Positions 18,225 through 27,904 of a stretch of DNA of 64,000 nt are shown in pieces. Source of the stretch: Verrucomicrobiales bacterium (GTDB lineage: Bacteria > Verrucomicrobiota > Verrucomicrobiia > Limisphaerales > JAYPXF01); the NCBI GenBank assembly GCA_002715965.1, contig PBAL01000099.1, forward strand, positions 65,749 through 129,748, in the 5' to 3' direction. Both the position numbers and the translations under genes were made by a program. Numbering within the stretch: the first letter of the stretch is position 1; the number at the start of each line of letters is the position of its first letter. Under the pieces are notes generated by a model, which was not told the origin of the DNA, did no database searches, and saw only the letters and a program-made list of their open reading frames with translations.

Positions 18225-19694
18225 TCAAGGTTTGAACGTGTTCCAGCCTGCTTTCATCCGCTGCTTCATCCGATTGAGTGTCTGCTTCTGTGCGGGATGA
18301 TTGGCAATATTGTTGTTCTCCTGGGGATCGGTCTGGTGGTCGTAGAGTTCGTAGGCGACAAACTCAGTGCCCGGAACACGCCACTCGGTATAACGGTAAC
18401 GATCGGTGCGCATTGAATAGCCCATGCCGCGAGAGATCTTGCCGTAGCCGGGAATAACGCGTTGGTAGTCGCTGAACGCTGCCGTCTTCCACTTGCGATT
18501 CGGGTCCTTCAGAAGCGGCACCATGCTGTGGCCTTCCAATCCTTCGTCCAGCGGCAGTCCCGCGAGTTTGGCAAGAGTGGGGTAGATATCGACGCTTTCT
18601 ACGAGCGCTTTGGTGCGTCCAGGATTGAAGCCGGGGGCGCTGACGATGAGGGGAACGCGGGTGGAGGTTTCGTAGTTCGAATGTTTGTCCCACATGCCGT
18701 GTTCGCCGAGCTGCCAGCCGTGATCGCCCCACAGCGCAACGATCGTTTTCTCGCGGAGACCAAGGCGATCGAGTTCGTCAAGCAGGCGGCCGATCTGGGT
18801 GTCGACAAAACTCACGCAGGCGTAATAGGCCCACTTCAAATCACGGGCTTGTTCCGGAGAAACGGGGCCGACATCGGGGATGCCGTAGTAGTGGCGCAGA
18901 TCGTTCCAATTGTAGGTGGCGTAGTTCGGCGCGCCCTTGGGTGGATAAGGATTCGGAGCGGGTTCAATGGAGTCGCGCTCGTAGAGATCGAAGTAGCGCT
19001 TCGGCGCAATGAACGGGAGGTGTGGTTTGTGAAATCCGACGGCGAAGAAGAAGGGCTCGTCCTTGACCTTGCGCAGGCGGTCGATGGCCGCATCAGCGAT
19101 CTGTCCGTCGCGCACCGCGTTGTCGGGAATTACGGGTGATTCCCAGGGTAGCCCGCCTGGACGTTTGGTCTTGGTGATGCCGTCTCCAAGATCCCAGACG
19201 TAAGTCAATCGTCGATGATCCTCCTGGATCCAATTCAACACGCTACGGCCGAACTCGGTGTGGTAGTCGTCTTCGCGCCGTTGCGATTTGAAAAGCGGCA
19301 CGCTCCACGAAGCCTTGTCGTCGTTGTGGAAGATTTTTCCGAATCCTGCCGCGTAATAACCGTTGTTCTTGAAATGCTGCGGCAGCGTCACCACATCGGG
19401 CAAGACGCTTCGAAATCGAACCTGGAAATTGATCACCTGGGTTGTTGCCGGGCGTCTGCCAGTCAGCATCGATGCGCGTGAGGGCATGCACAGGGCCACC
19501 TGCACATATGCCCGCTCGAAGAGCGTGCCTTCACCGGCAAGGCGATCGATGTGTGGGGACTTTACCGGTTCACCGTAACAACCCAGTTCGGGCCGCAAAT
19601 CGTCGATGGCAATGAAGAGGACGTTCAGCTTCTCAGCGCTGAATGATTGCAGCGCCAACAGGCAGGTCAGGAGCGTGAGCGAACTGGCTTTCAT
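18225..19694 (-). CDS. Exported sulfatase (iduronate-2-sulfatase-like)
   Basis: Signal peptide present. The N-terminus reads NVLFIAIDDLRPELGCYG. The formylglycine motif is CMPSRASMLTGR. Confidence 0.9.
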   Translation of the reverse strand: MKASSLTLLTCLLALQSFSAEKLNVLFIAIDDLRPELGCYGEPVKSPHIDRLAGEGTLFERAYVQVALCMPSRASMLTGRRPATTQVINFQVRFRSVLPDVVTLPQHFKNNGYYAAGFGKIFHNDDKASWSVPLFKSQRREDDYHTEFGRSVLNWIQEDHRRLTYVWDLGDGITKTKRPGGLPWESPVIPDNAVRDGQIADAAIDRLRKVKDEPFFFAVGFHKPHLPFIAPKRYFDLYERDSIEPAPNPYPPKGAPNYATYNWNDLRHYYGIPDVGPVSPEQARDLKWAYYACVSFVDTQIGRLLDELDRLGLREKTIVALWGDHGWQLGEHGMWDKHSNYETSTRVPLIVSAPGFNPGRTKALVESVDIYPTLAKLAGLPLDEGLEGHSMVPLLKDPNRKWKTAAFSDYQRVIPGYGKISRGMGYSMRTDRYRYTEWRVPGTEFVAYELYDHQTDPQENNNIANHPAQKQTLNRMKQRMKAGWNTFKP

Positions 19695-19700
19695 TGGGAC

Positions 19701-20219
19701 CTATCGTTTCAGCTTGGCAGATTTGATCTCGGCGCTCTCGCCCTGCTTGATCGCGAGCGTCAGAACCGCGTCTTCACCGTAGTCAAAGCGAAAGTGAACC
19801 ATCGGCCGGAAACGTCCGTTTCGGGTGATCGAATAGCGGGTGCCTTGGCGACTGATTTCATAGGTGTCGAACTTCTGCGATTCACCGATTTCGACGTAGA
19901 GCATCTCGTCCTTACCTTCACGGTTCAGCCAGCCGAGTTCATAGCCGCCCTTCAATTCGATCGTGAAAGTGAAGTCGCCTTTCAGCTGCCTTGGTAAGAT
20001 CAGGTGTGCGTGTTTATGGATGCCACTCGTGTTGGTGATTTTCGTGACGCCCTCTTGTTGAACAATGGTCATCGCGTTGATGCCCCGGTCCGTCCAAAGG
20101 CGCTTGGAAGAGTCCCAACATCGAACGTTCCAGTCCGCCTTCTTGAAGGACTGGGCCTGGCCGGTCTGCGTTAGAAGGATGAGGGTGAGGATGGCACAGA
20201 TTCTCATGGCGGGATTCAT
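19701..20219 (-). CDS. Hypothetical exported small beta-rich protein
   Basis: Start set at ATG 20219 (MNPAMRICAILTLILLTQTGQAQS, a signal peptide). No family recognised. Confidence 0.6.
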   Translation of the reverse strand: MNPAMRICAILTLILLTQTGQAQSFKKADWNVRCWDSSKRLWTDRGINAMTIVQQEGVTKITNTSGIHKHAHLILPRQLKGDFTFTIELKGGYELGWLNREGKDEMLYVEIGESQKFDTYEISRQGTRYSITRNGRFRPMVHFRFDYGEDAVLTLAIKQGESAEIKSAKLKR

Positions 20220-20305
20220 ATCCCCGACCGGGGTGAGATCAACCAAAATCAGGCGTTGCACGGCGCGAGATCGGCTGCAATTCTGCCGCCACCCTCGTTC
20301 GAACA

Positions 20306-21310
20306 ATGAAAACTCTCTTATCTATCCTGCTGATTGCAATCGCAACGTCACTCAACCTGCAAGCCGCGCCGAGCTTTGCGCGCGAACCGATAGTCACCGA
20401 ATTCGACATCGATGAGTCGTGGCCAAAATATCCCGATCACATTGAACAAAAAGGCTGGGTTTCCGGCATGGCGATCGATGACAAACAGCAGATCTGGATG
20501 TTCAGGAAGGGACCGGACCCGGTTCAGGTTTTTCGGACGGACGGAACCTTCGTGCGATCATGGGGCAAGGGGCTGTTCAAGAGCCCGCATCACCTGCGCA
20601 TCGGTCCGGATGGAATGATCTGGGTTGCTGATTTCGATCAGCATGTGATTCAGAAATTCACGCCCGAAGGAAAGCTGCTTCAGACCGTCGGAACGCCCAA
20701 CGAATCCGGCGAAGATGAAACACACTTCAATCGCCCGACCGACATGGCGATTCTCCCGAATGGCGACATCTTCGTGACGGATGGCTACGGCAATCGGCGC
20801 GTGGTGCACCTGGACAAGAACGGCAAGTTCATCAAGGCCTGGGGCAGGTACGGTTCCGGTCCCGGTGAGTTTATCCTGCCACACGCGATCGTTCATGACT
20901 CCAAAGGCCGGCTCTATGTCGCTGATCGCAACAGTGGTCGCGTGCAAATCTTCAAGCAGGATGGGACCTTCGTGGATCAGTGGACGGGACTCATCATGCC
21001 GTGGGGACTTCACGTGGCTGGGGACGATGAGATCTGGGTCTGCGGTTCCTCTCCACATTGGTGGCGCCGTCACAACAAGTATCAGGAATACAAGGACCAG
21101 ATGTTCATGCGTTTCTCCACCGACGGACGTGCTCGCCTGATCTGGACCTTTCCGCTGGGCGATCCGGAAAACAAGAAGAACGGCGAAACCGTTGGCGCGC
21201 ACTGCCTGGTGAAGGACAAGGACGGAAACATTTACGTGGGCGACATTTATACGGAACGCGCGCAGAAATTCGTCCCCGTCACCGCGAGACCTCCTGCGCC
21301 CAAAAAGTGA
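20306..21310 (+). CDS. Exported NHL-repeat six-bladed beta-propeller (peptidyl-alpha-hydroxyglycine lyase-like)
   Basis: Signal peptide present. Repeated NHL-type blades are visible (MIWVADFDQHVIQKF, DIFVTDGYGNRRVVHL, RLYVADRNSGRVQIF, NIYVGDIYTERAQKF). Confidence 0.85.
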   Translation: MKTLLSILLIAIATSLNLQAAPSFAREPIVTEFDIDESWPKYPDHIEQKGWVSGMAIDDKQQIWMFRKGPDPVQVFRTDGTFVRSWGKGLFKSPHHLRIGPDGMIWVADFDQHVIQKFTPEGKLLQTVGTPNESGEDETHFNRPTDMAILPNGDIFVTDGYGNRRVVHLDKNGKFIKAWGRYGSGPGEFILPHAIVHDSKGRLYVADRNSGRVQIFKQDGTFVDQWTGLIMPWGLHVAGDDEIWVCGSSPHWWRRHNKYQEYKDQMFMRFSTDGRARLIWTFPLGDPENKKNGETVGAHCLVKDKDGNIYVGDIYTERAQKFVPVTARPPAPKK

Positions 21311-23715
21311 GACGTTTCGGACTGATCGCGTTGGTCCTGCTCGTTGCGTCGTCGGCTTGCGCCGGGCTTTACCCACGCAACACTGAAGTCCCGTTCGCCT
21401 ACATCCCTGGTGGCGAGCGCACCTGGCAATTGACGGACAAACCGTTGGCGAAAGGGGAGAGTCTCGCACTCGGCACACCAACGGACGGCTTGTCGATCGC
21501 CTTCGGACGCGATGGCCGGATGACTGTGAAAGCGGAAGCGGGACTAAAGAAGTCGTTCGAAATCGAGATCCAGTTTAATGGGGTCGGCCATTCCGCGAGT
21601 TCGAAGATACAGCTCATTTCCGCCCCACCGGACCGCCCCATCACCTATCTCTCCGATCAACTGGATGATTTGATCCGGATCTTTCGGGATAGCAAGACCG
21701 GTCAGTGGCGTCCTGTGACGCGTGATGCCTTCGATCAGTATTTCCGTCGACTGCAAGGACATGGCGTTCGCCGTCTGATTGTCTGGCCCAGCGCGTTTCC
21801 ACTGGTCAATGAGCCGGAGAACTACGGAGCCGAGAGCTGGTCGCTTTTCGAGAAGCAGGCACGCGCGTTTCTTGACGACAAAGAACTCAACGAAGTTCTC
21901 TACAGCACACCCAGCTACAAGCCCTACCAGTGGCACGGCATGCTGATGCGCTTTCGTTTGAACCGCGAATGGAGCCGCATGTACGCGCAAAGCGCTGCCG
22001 ATCATGACATCGCGCTCACGGTCAGCTATCGCCCTTTCGAACACGCCTTGATGAAGTATTACGTGATCCCGGTCTTCGATCACGAAGGGCGATTCCTCTG
22101 GAATTTCCTGCCCGGGGCAAATCCGTTGGTGAATTCCAATCCAGAGAAAGTTGCTTTCGCGCACTACCGCCAGATCTTAAAGGCCACCGGCAAAGACGAT
22201 CACGCCACGCTCGGGAGCATTACGTTGGCAGCTGTACCCGAATCGAAGCCGCGATCGATCACCTCGAAAAACCTCCGCGTCTTTGCGGCAAAGGCGCCAC
22301 CGATCGCCAGGAGTGCCTTCGTGATGTCTCAGAGGAAGGAGGGCGAGTTCGATGTTGTCCGATTCGGAAAGATCGCCGATCGCGTTGAGGCGCAACGCGT
22401 CGAACTGAAGGGCTGGTCGCTGAGCGCCGAAGATGATGGTGCGATCAAACTCTCCGGCCTCAGGCGGCCCGCCGGCCATCGTTACATCATCGTGAGGCGA
22501 GGGGAAGAATCGAACGAGCAACTCGCGTTGCCGGTCGAGCTTCCCGTCGTGGCCCGTTCAGTTGCGGGTTCGCGCATCGGGCGAATCAATGCACATTGGG
22601 CACTTGCCGATACCATCGACGAAAACGCCACCAGTCGTTTGGGGCCAATCACCAAGACCGGCACGTATCGAACCGACTTTCAGGCGATCGAAAACAGCTT
22701 CCGATTGGTGCGACGAAGCGGAAAAGCACTGCGACCGCTGGGTGGCGACGAAATCGTGATCGACTTCGGCTCCGATTGGTCGCCCGAAATGATGGACTAC
22801 AATCGTCCGGCCTCCCGGCGACTTGCCGTAGCAGAAATCAGGGCTGCACTTGCGGCTCCCGCCTTCGATGAGATTGTCATCAACACACGCTCGCACACGC
22901 AACTGGCGGGTTCACAGGGCGACGGCGAGCTGGGCGTTCAGACGATCGCTCATCATCGACGGCGCCGTAAGAACTACTTCCACAATGGAATCGATCGCGC
23001 GTATGGGCCCCGGTCCGTTGCGCAGAGTAAATCGATCCAGCCCTTGATTCAGAATGGATCCGACGAGGCGATCGAGAAGATCACCGATTGGCATGCCGGT
23101 GAATGGCAGGGCACCTGCCAGAGCGAATCCGACGGTCACCATTGGCGCTACGCCAGAAATGCAGCCGTGGCCAAGGGCGTGCGGAGTTTGTTGCAGGACC
23201 TGGAGAAGGAGTTCCCGAAGACACGCATCCGCGTGATGATTCCACCTCGCGCCGTGGTTGAAAACTCTGTGAAAGAGAACCTGGAAGATTTGCCAAACCC
23301 GGAGGGAGGCACCTATGACGCGCGTTACTACCGGTACCTGTGTTCCGGAAACAACCAGATCCCATCGATTGGCGAGGGAATGAGCATGCTCGATCTGAGC
23401 GGACTTCGCGCCGAACCGATGTTTCTCGGATTGCGTCACCTGCCCGATTCCAGACCGTTGAATCTGTTTGTCGACAGCTACCTGAAAAACCAGTCAGACA
23501 ATCACGGGTCGTCGTATCAAGGCGCCAAGAGTTTCTTTTACGAAGCCCAATACACCTTGCGCGACAAGGACAAGGCCGCGTCCGCCAAACGGCGCGAAGA
23601 GATCATTCGTAATTTGCTGGTCCGCCGGGAGATCGATGAGGTGATTCTCTATGAAGCCGCCAACTGGACTTACGATTTACCGTTAGACAATCCACACCAG
23701 TACCTCGAACGCTGA
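21307..23715 (+). CDS. Hypothetical exported protein (802 aa), possibly TIM-barrel glycosidase-like
   Basis: I chose a GTG start at 21307 that overlaps the upstream stop (GTGA) and gives VRRFGLIALVLLVASSACAG. The ATG at 21058 would overlap the NHL gene by 250 nt. The functional guess is weak. Confidence 0.65.
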   Translation: MRRFGLIALVLLVASSACAGLYPRNTEVPFAYIPGGERTWQLTDKPLAKGESLALGTPTDGLSIAFGRDGRMTVKAEAGLKKSFEIEIQFNGVGHSASSKIQLISAPPDRPITYLSDQLDDLIRIFRDSKTGQWRPVTRDAFDQYFRRLQGHGVRRLIVWPSAFPLVNEPENYGAESWSLFEKQARAFLDDKELNEVLYSTPSYKPYQWHGMLMRFRLNREWSRMYAQSAADHDIALTVSYRPFEHALMKYYVIPVFDHEGRFLWNFLPGANPLVNSNPEKVAFAHYRQILKATGKDDHATLGSITLAAVPESKPRSITSKNLRVFAAKAPPIARSAFVMSQRKEGEFDVVRFGKIADRVEAQRVELKGWSLSAEDDGAIKLSGLRRPAGHRYIIVRRGEESNEQLALPVELPVVARSVAGSRIGRINAHWALADTIDENATSRLGPITKTGTYRTDFQAIENSFRLVRRSGKALRPLGGDEIVIDFGSDWSPEMMDYNRPASRRLAVAEIRAALAAPAFDEIVINTRSHTQLAGSQGDGELGVQTIAHHRRRRKNYFHNGIDRAYGPRSVAQSKSIQPLIQNGSDEAIEKITDWHAGEWQGTCQSESDGHHWRYARNAAVAKGVRSLLQDLEKEFPKTRIRVMIPPRAVVENSVKENLEDLPNPEGGTYDARYYRYLCSGNNQIPSIGEGMSMLDLSGLRAEPMFLGLRHLPDSRPLNLFVDSYLKNQSDNHGSSYQGAKSFFYEAQYTLRDKDKAASAKRREEIIRNLLVRREIDEVILYEAANWTYDLPLDNPHQYLER

Positions 23716-23722
23716 ACCGCGC

Positions 23723-24130
23723 TCAATCGGCGGCAAGAATCTCCAGGAGGCGTTTCAGGAAATTGATATTACGTTGCTTCCGATCGATCAGTGATTCGTC
23801 GGAACGCCGTTGGTCGCGTCCACCGCCATGCAGTTCGCGAACACGATCGGCGAAGAACGGCTTGGGTTGGCTGGCCGCGGTGACTTCGTTCTCCAACACC
23901 TCCAGCCAGGCGGGAATGCGCGACAACATGTCCGCGGTGTCCTTCGGCTTGTACGCCTCCACAAGATCCATCAGGTCTACGGTCTCCAGAGCGCTGTAGG
24001 AATGCTCACTGGTGGTCTTGAGCAGGAACTTAAACAAGATCTCGCGTCGGCCTTCGTTCCGGAAGATTGACCGCCGGGCAATCGCCTTGAGCAGCGCGCG
24101 ATCCGGCTCGGGCGGGAGATTGTTGAGCAT
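23723..24130 (-). CDS. Hypothetical protein, or the C-terminal half of a frameshifted gene
   Basis: This ORF frame is open from 24259, but the first plausible ATG is at 24130. The upstream ORF ends at 24166, one frame away. See the findings. Confidence 0.45.
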   Translation of the reverse strand: MLNNLPPEPDRALLKAIARRSIFRNEGRREILFKFLLKTTSEHSYSALETVDLMDLVEAYKPKDTADMLSRIPAWLEVLENEVTAASQPKPFFADRVRELHGGGRDQRRSDESLIDRKQRNINFLKRLLEILAAD

Positions 24131-24165
24131 GTTCGACAATGTCTCAGGAATCTCGGCGTCGAGGT

Positions 24166-24654
24166 TCAGGCGCGTGCGAAGCGCTCGATCGTTACATCGG
24201 CAAGAGTTATCGAATGACGCTCCCCATCCTCCGTCTCCAGCGAGGCCACGGTGGGACAATTCGTCAAGGTTTGCACCAAGTTGTCCCGTTGGCCGCGCTC
24301 CAGCCGTTCTGCATCGAGCAGCGGAGAAAAGGCGGCCTGATCGGAAAACGTGGGGGTGAATTGCGCGGAGAAGAGCAGGTCGATTTCAATGTCTTCAAGC
24401 TCGGCCACCTGGTTTTCCAGAAACTCACCAAGTTCGTCGCGGCTGGTCTCGTGTCGCGAATTCACGTGATCCACCACCTGCTTCAACAGCGGACGCGGCT
24501 TCTCGAGTTCGACCACGATTGCGTCGACGAATTCCTGCATCTGCGGAGTATGGAGAGAACGGAGCGCGGAGACTTCCTGGAAGAAACTCCCCGATGGCTC
24601 GGCGCATCCGGACGTCCAGATTTCGTTGATGAACAGCCGTTGCATCCGCGCCAT
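24166..24654 (-). CDS. Hypothetical protein, or the N-terminal half of a frameshifted gene, downstream of lpxK
   Basis: Start set at ATG 24654 or 24645 (MARMQRLF). The sequence is protein-like and acidic/helical. No family recognised. Confidence 0.5.
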   Translation of the reverse strand: MARMQRLFINEIWTSGCAEPSGSFFQEVSALRSLHTPQMQEFVDAIVVELEKPRPLLKQVVDHVNSRHETSRDELGEFLENQVAELEDIEIDLLFSAQFTPTFSDQAAFSPLLDAERLERGQRDNLVQTLTNCPTVASLETEDGERHSITLADVTIERFARA

Positions 24655-24682
24655 TGCCGGCGACGAAGAAAACTGGCCGCAG

Positions 24683-24961
24683 GCAGGAGACAACTTCCTT
24701 GTGGATCTGGATCTCAGCGAAGCCAATCTGCAAGCCGGTGATCAACTGACGGTTGGGACGGCGATCATCGAGATCACGGATGTGGATCATGCTTCCGGCG
24801 GTAAGATCACCCAACGTTACGGACGGGCAGCGTATCAACTGATGGAGAGACCAGAATTGCGAGCGCATCGTCTTCGCAGCCTGTTTGCACGTGTCGTGAT
24901 GGACGGTTTCGTGCAGAAGAGAGATTCGATTCTGAAATGCCAACCGCAGTTGTGGGAGTGA
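24683..24961 (+). pseudogene. MOSC-domain C-terminal relic
   Basis: GDNFLVDLDLSEANLQAGDQLTVGTAIIEITDVDHASGGKITQRYG...LRSLFARVVMDGFVQKRDSI follows the MOSC pattern (GDNL.VDLDLS..NL..G..L.IG.A..EVT..PH.GC.KF..RFG...LRG..ARVV..G.I..GD.I). The conserved Cys is lost and there is no N-terminal half. Confidence 0.55.
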
Positions 24962-24971
24962 AGGGTGATGG

Positions 24972-26144
24972 CTACCGGAAGCAGATCTGGTACACGCAAT
25001 CCTGGAAGTCCTTGGCTCCGGTGAGGATCTTGATTTCCACGCGCATGAAGTAGATCGGAAGATCGCGACGGTCGAGTTTCGGGAAACGGACGGCGTCCTT
25101 CTGCGTGGTGAGGATGATATCGGCCTGGCGCTTCTTCGCGCGGTTGATCGTGTTCAGAATCTCCTGCTGGGTGAATCGGTGATGGTCGGCGAAGCGCTTG
25201 GCGTAAACGAGGTCCGCGCCCATCTTCACGAGGCTTTGTTCAAAACTCTCCGGCTGCGCGATTCCACTCAACGTGGCGATCTTTTTGCCTTTGATAAAAT
25301 CCAGACCCTGTCGCTCACCGGTGAACACATCCTCGTAATAGAGCGGGTGATGAACGCACTCGATGATCTTCGCCGTGGCATTGTGTTTCTGAATACGGGC
25401 GCGCAGTTGGGCTGTTTCGCCGTCGCTTTTGGTGATGAAGATGTAGTTGGCTCGTTTGAGGTTGCGAGGTGGTTCGCGCAGTGTCCCGCGCGGAAGGAGG
25501 TAGTGGTTTCCGAAGGGCTGCTGGCAGTCGATCAACACCACGTCCCGCCGACGTCCGCGCAGTTTCCAATACTGAAACCCGTCGTCCAGCAGCAGGATGT
25601 CACAACCGAATTTTTGAATCGCAAATCGTCCCGCCTTCACACGGTCCTTGTCCACGAGCACCACGACATCCTTCAGGTTCGTCGCGAGCATGTAAGGTTC
25701 GTCGCCGGCGTGTTCGGAATCGAGCAGGAGCGATTTGCCGTCAGAGACAATGCGCGGGGGTGTCGTATCCTCGCGCAGCAGCAGTTTGTTCAGGAAACGC
25801 TTGGGCAGGGGGCCTGGATTGGAACGATAACCGCGGGATAATATTGCCACTTTTCGGCCTTCGTCCTGCAACGCCCGCGCAAATTTCTCCACAACCGGTG
25901 TTTTGCCCGTTCCGCCAACCGTGATGTTGCCCACGGCGATGACTTGCACGCCGAGGGTGGAATCGCGAATGATGCGGGAATTATAGAGGAACAGGCGCAG
26001 GCGGATGATAAGCCCGAACACCCGGGACAGTGCGTAAAGCAGGGAGCGCAATGCCGTCGCGCGTTTACCACGGCGTTGCTCAAAAATAACCTCGAGCGCA
26101 AACGTCTCGAGATTTTCTGTCCAAACCCGGATGGCTTTCCGCAT
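24972..26144 (-). CDS. lpxK: Tetraacyldisaccharide 4'-kinase
   Basis: Start set at ATG 26144 (MRKAIRVW). The P-loop context is [22 protein letters not shown], followed by ILSRGYRS. Confidence 0.85.
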   Translation of the reverse strand: MRKAIRVWTENLETFALEVIFEQRRGKRATALRSLLYALSRVFGLIIRLRLFLYNSRIIRDSTLGVQVIAVGNITVGGTGKTPVVEKFARALQDEGRKVAILSRGYRSNPGPLPKRFLNKLLLREDTTPPRIVSDGKSLLLDSEHAGDEPYMLATNLKDVVVLVDKDRVKAGRFAIQKFGCDILLLDDGFQYWKLRGRRRDVVLIDCQQPFGNHYLLPRGTLREPPRNLKRANYIFITKSDGETAQLRARIQKHNATAKIIECVHHPLYYEDVFTGERQGLDFIKGKKIATLSGIAQPESFEQSLVKMGADLVYAKRFADHHRFTQQEILNTINRAKKRQADIILTTQKDAVRFPKLDRRDLPIYFMRVEIKILTGAKDFQDCVYQICFR

Positions 26145-26247
26145 CGCGCGGATTCTGACAGCGGGCTTGGGAATTCCGAGTCCGGAAACGCAAAGATATT
26201 CACGAACGCGTCCAGCCACACAACTGAAGGTGTTGTGATCCACATCG

Positions 26248-27663
26248 ATGGCGTTGACGTTTTGCCACTCCGGGCTTAAAACATCGCCGTCACCCCGTTT
26301 TGAAGCTGTGAAATCGGCCCTCGTCATCGACGACGATCCCATCGTTTCCAATGTTCTCGTGCAGAACTTGCAGGAGGCTGGTTGGTCTGTGCACGAAGCC
26401 AATTGTGGCGAAGACGGTCTGCGACTGGCCAGGGAGAAGGAGCCGGACGTGATCATCTGCGACCTGTTGATGCCGCGAATGAACGGCTATCAGTTTTGTC
26501 GCGAAATCCGCAACGATGAGAAGTTCAGTCCCCAACCGCGGATCGTTGTCATCTCCTGCAGCAATTACGCGACCGATCGCGAGGGTTCATTGGCGGCCGG
26601 CGCGGACGATTTCCTGACCAAACCGATCAAGTCGACGGAACTGATTCACATCCTCTCACAGGAAAGTGGGACCACTTTCTTCCGGAAGCCGACCCCGGAC
26701 CTTCCCGGCATCACCCTGGCCGACACCCGGGTGTTCAGCCAAATGGTCGGAAGCAACACGCGAGTTCGGTTCTGGGGAGTTCGTGGCTCCATTCCGACTC
26801 CCGGTCCCAGCACGATGAAATACGGTGGCAATACCACCTGCGTCGAAGTTCGCGCGGACGGCCAATTGATCGTCCTCGATGCGGGCACGGGGATTCGTCA
26901 GCTCGGACGCGAACTTATGAATGAATTTCAGAGTCAGCCGATATTCTGCCACGTGCTGATCTCTCATACGCACTGGGATCACATTCAGGGCTTCCCGTTT
27001 TTTATGCCCGCCTACGATCCGAAGAATCACATCACGGTCATGGGTTACGAAGGTGCGCGGCAGGGATTGCAGGCGACGCTGAGCAGTCAGATGGAAAGTC
27101 CATACTTCCCGGTGTCCATGCAACAGATGCCGAGCAATCTCAACATCGAGGAGACATCGGATACGGAGTTCCACATCGGCCCGATTGAGATCACGGCATT
27201 CTTCGCCAATCACCCCGGCGTTTGCGTCGGTTATCGGCTCGATACCCGTCAGGGATCGATCGTGTTCCTCCCGGACAACGAACCGCATTCGCGCCTGCGC
27301 ATGGCGCCCAATCAGGAAAACGCCCAGTCGCTGGAGGTCCTCGAGTACGCCCGGAAGGAGGATGAGAAACTCATCGAATTCATCCAGGACGCGGATGTGG
27401 TTATCATGGACGCGCAGTATGATGCCGATGAATACAAGTCATACATCGGCTGGGGACATGGCTGCGTGGATGACGTGGTTGCCCTGGCGGTCATCGCGAA
27501 CGTGAAGAAGCTGTATCTCTTCCACCATGATCCTGACCACGACGATGCGATGATCGATCGCATGGAAGAATGGGCCAATGAACTGGTGGCGAATCACGGA
27601 GGCACGACCGTCGTGGAAGCCGCGCGCGAAGGGGTTTCCTGCGTCATCGAACCGGCACACTGA
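26248..27663 (+). CDS. Response-regulator receiver domain fused to an MBL-fold metallo-hydrolase
   Basis: The REC domain reads ALVIDDDP...DVIICDLLMPRMNGY...TKPI. The MBL domain reads VRFWGVRGSIPTPG...LDAGTG...ISHTHWDHIQGFPFF...LYLFHHDPDHDD. The true start may be GTG 26308. Confidence 0.85.
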   Translation: MALTFCHSGLKTSPSPRFEAVKSALVIDDDPIVSNVLVQNLQEAGWSVHEANCGEDGLRLAREKEPDVIICDLLMPRMNGYQFCREIRNDEKFSPQPRIVVISCSNYATDREGSLAAGADDFLTKPIKSTELIHILSQESGTTFFRKPTPDLPGITLADTRVFSQMVGSNTRVRFWGVRGSIPTPGPSTMKYGGNTTCVEVRADGQLIVLDAGTGIRQLGRELMNEFQSQPIFCHVLISHTHWDHIQGFPFFMPAYDPKNHITVMGYEGARQGLQATLSSQMESPYFPVSMQQMPSNLNIEETSDTEFHIGPIEITAFFANHPGVCVGYRLDTRQGSIVFLPDNEPHSRLRMAPNQENAQSLEVLEYARKEDEKLIEFIQDADVVIMDAQYDADEYKSYIGWGHGCVDDVVALAVIANVKKLYLFHHDPDHDDAMIDRMEEWANELVANHGGTTVVEAAREGVSCVIEPAH

Positions 27664-27694
27664 GGGCTCCCGCCTTCAACGACGCCGGCTTGGT

Positions 27695-27904
27695 TCACAA
27701 GAGTTGTTTATCTTCCCCGCCTTTTTTGCGGAGGATCTTCTTGATGGTCTCCAGATCCGTCGTGAGCTTGTAGACGGACTGGATCAATTCGTTCTTCAAG
27801 TCCTCATTCTCCAGTGAACGGATCGCGGGATTGAGCTTCAAGGTTGATTTGGACATCTCGTCGCAGGTGTTCTTGATGTCTTCGATGGCTTCTTCGGTTG
27901 TCAT
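27695..27904 (-). CDS. Small helical hypothetical protein (69 aa)
   Basis: Its ATG overlaps the upstream stop (ATGA at 27901-27904). The sequence is charged and helical. Support is positional only. Confidence 0.45.
   Translation of the reverse strand: MTTEEAIEDIKNTCDEMSKSTLKLNPAIRSLENEDLKNELIQSVYKLTTDLETIKKILRKKGGEDKQLL

Noticed and set aside
20558-21481. 307-aa minus-strand ORF
   Set aside because: It is antisense to the NHL propeller gene and to the start of the next gene. No motifs.
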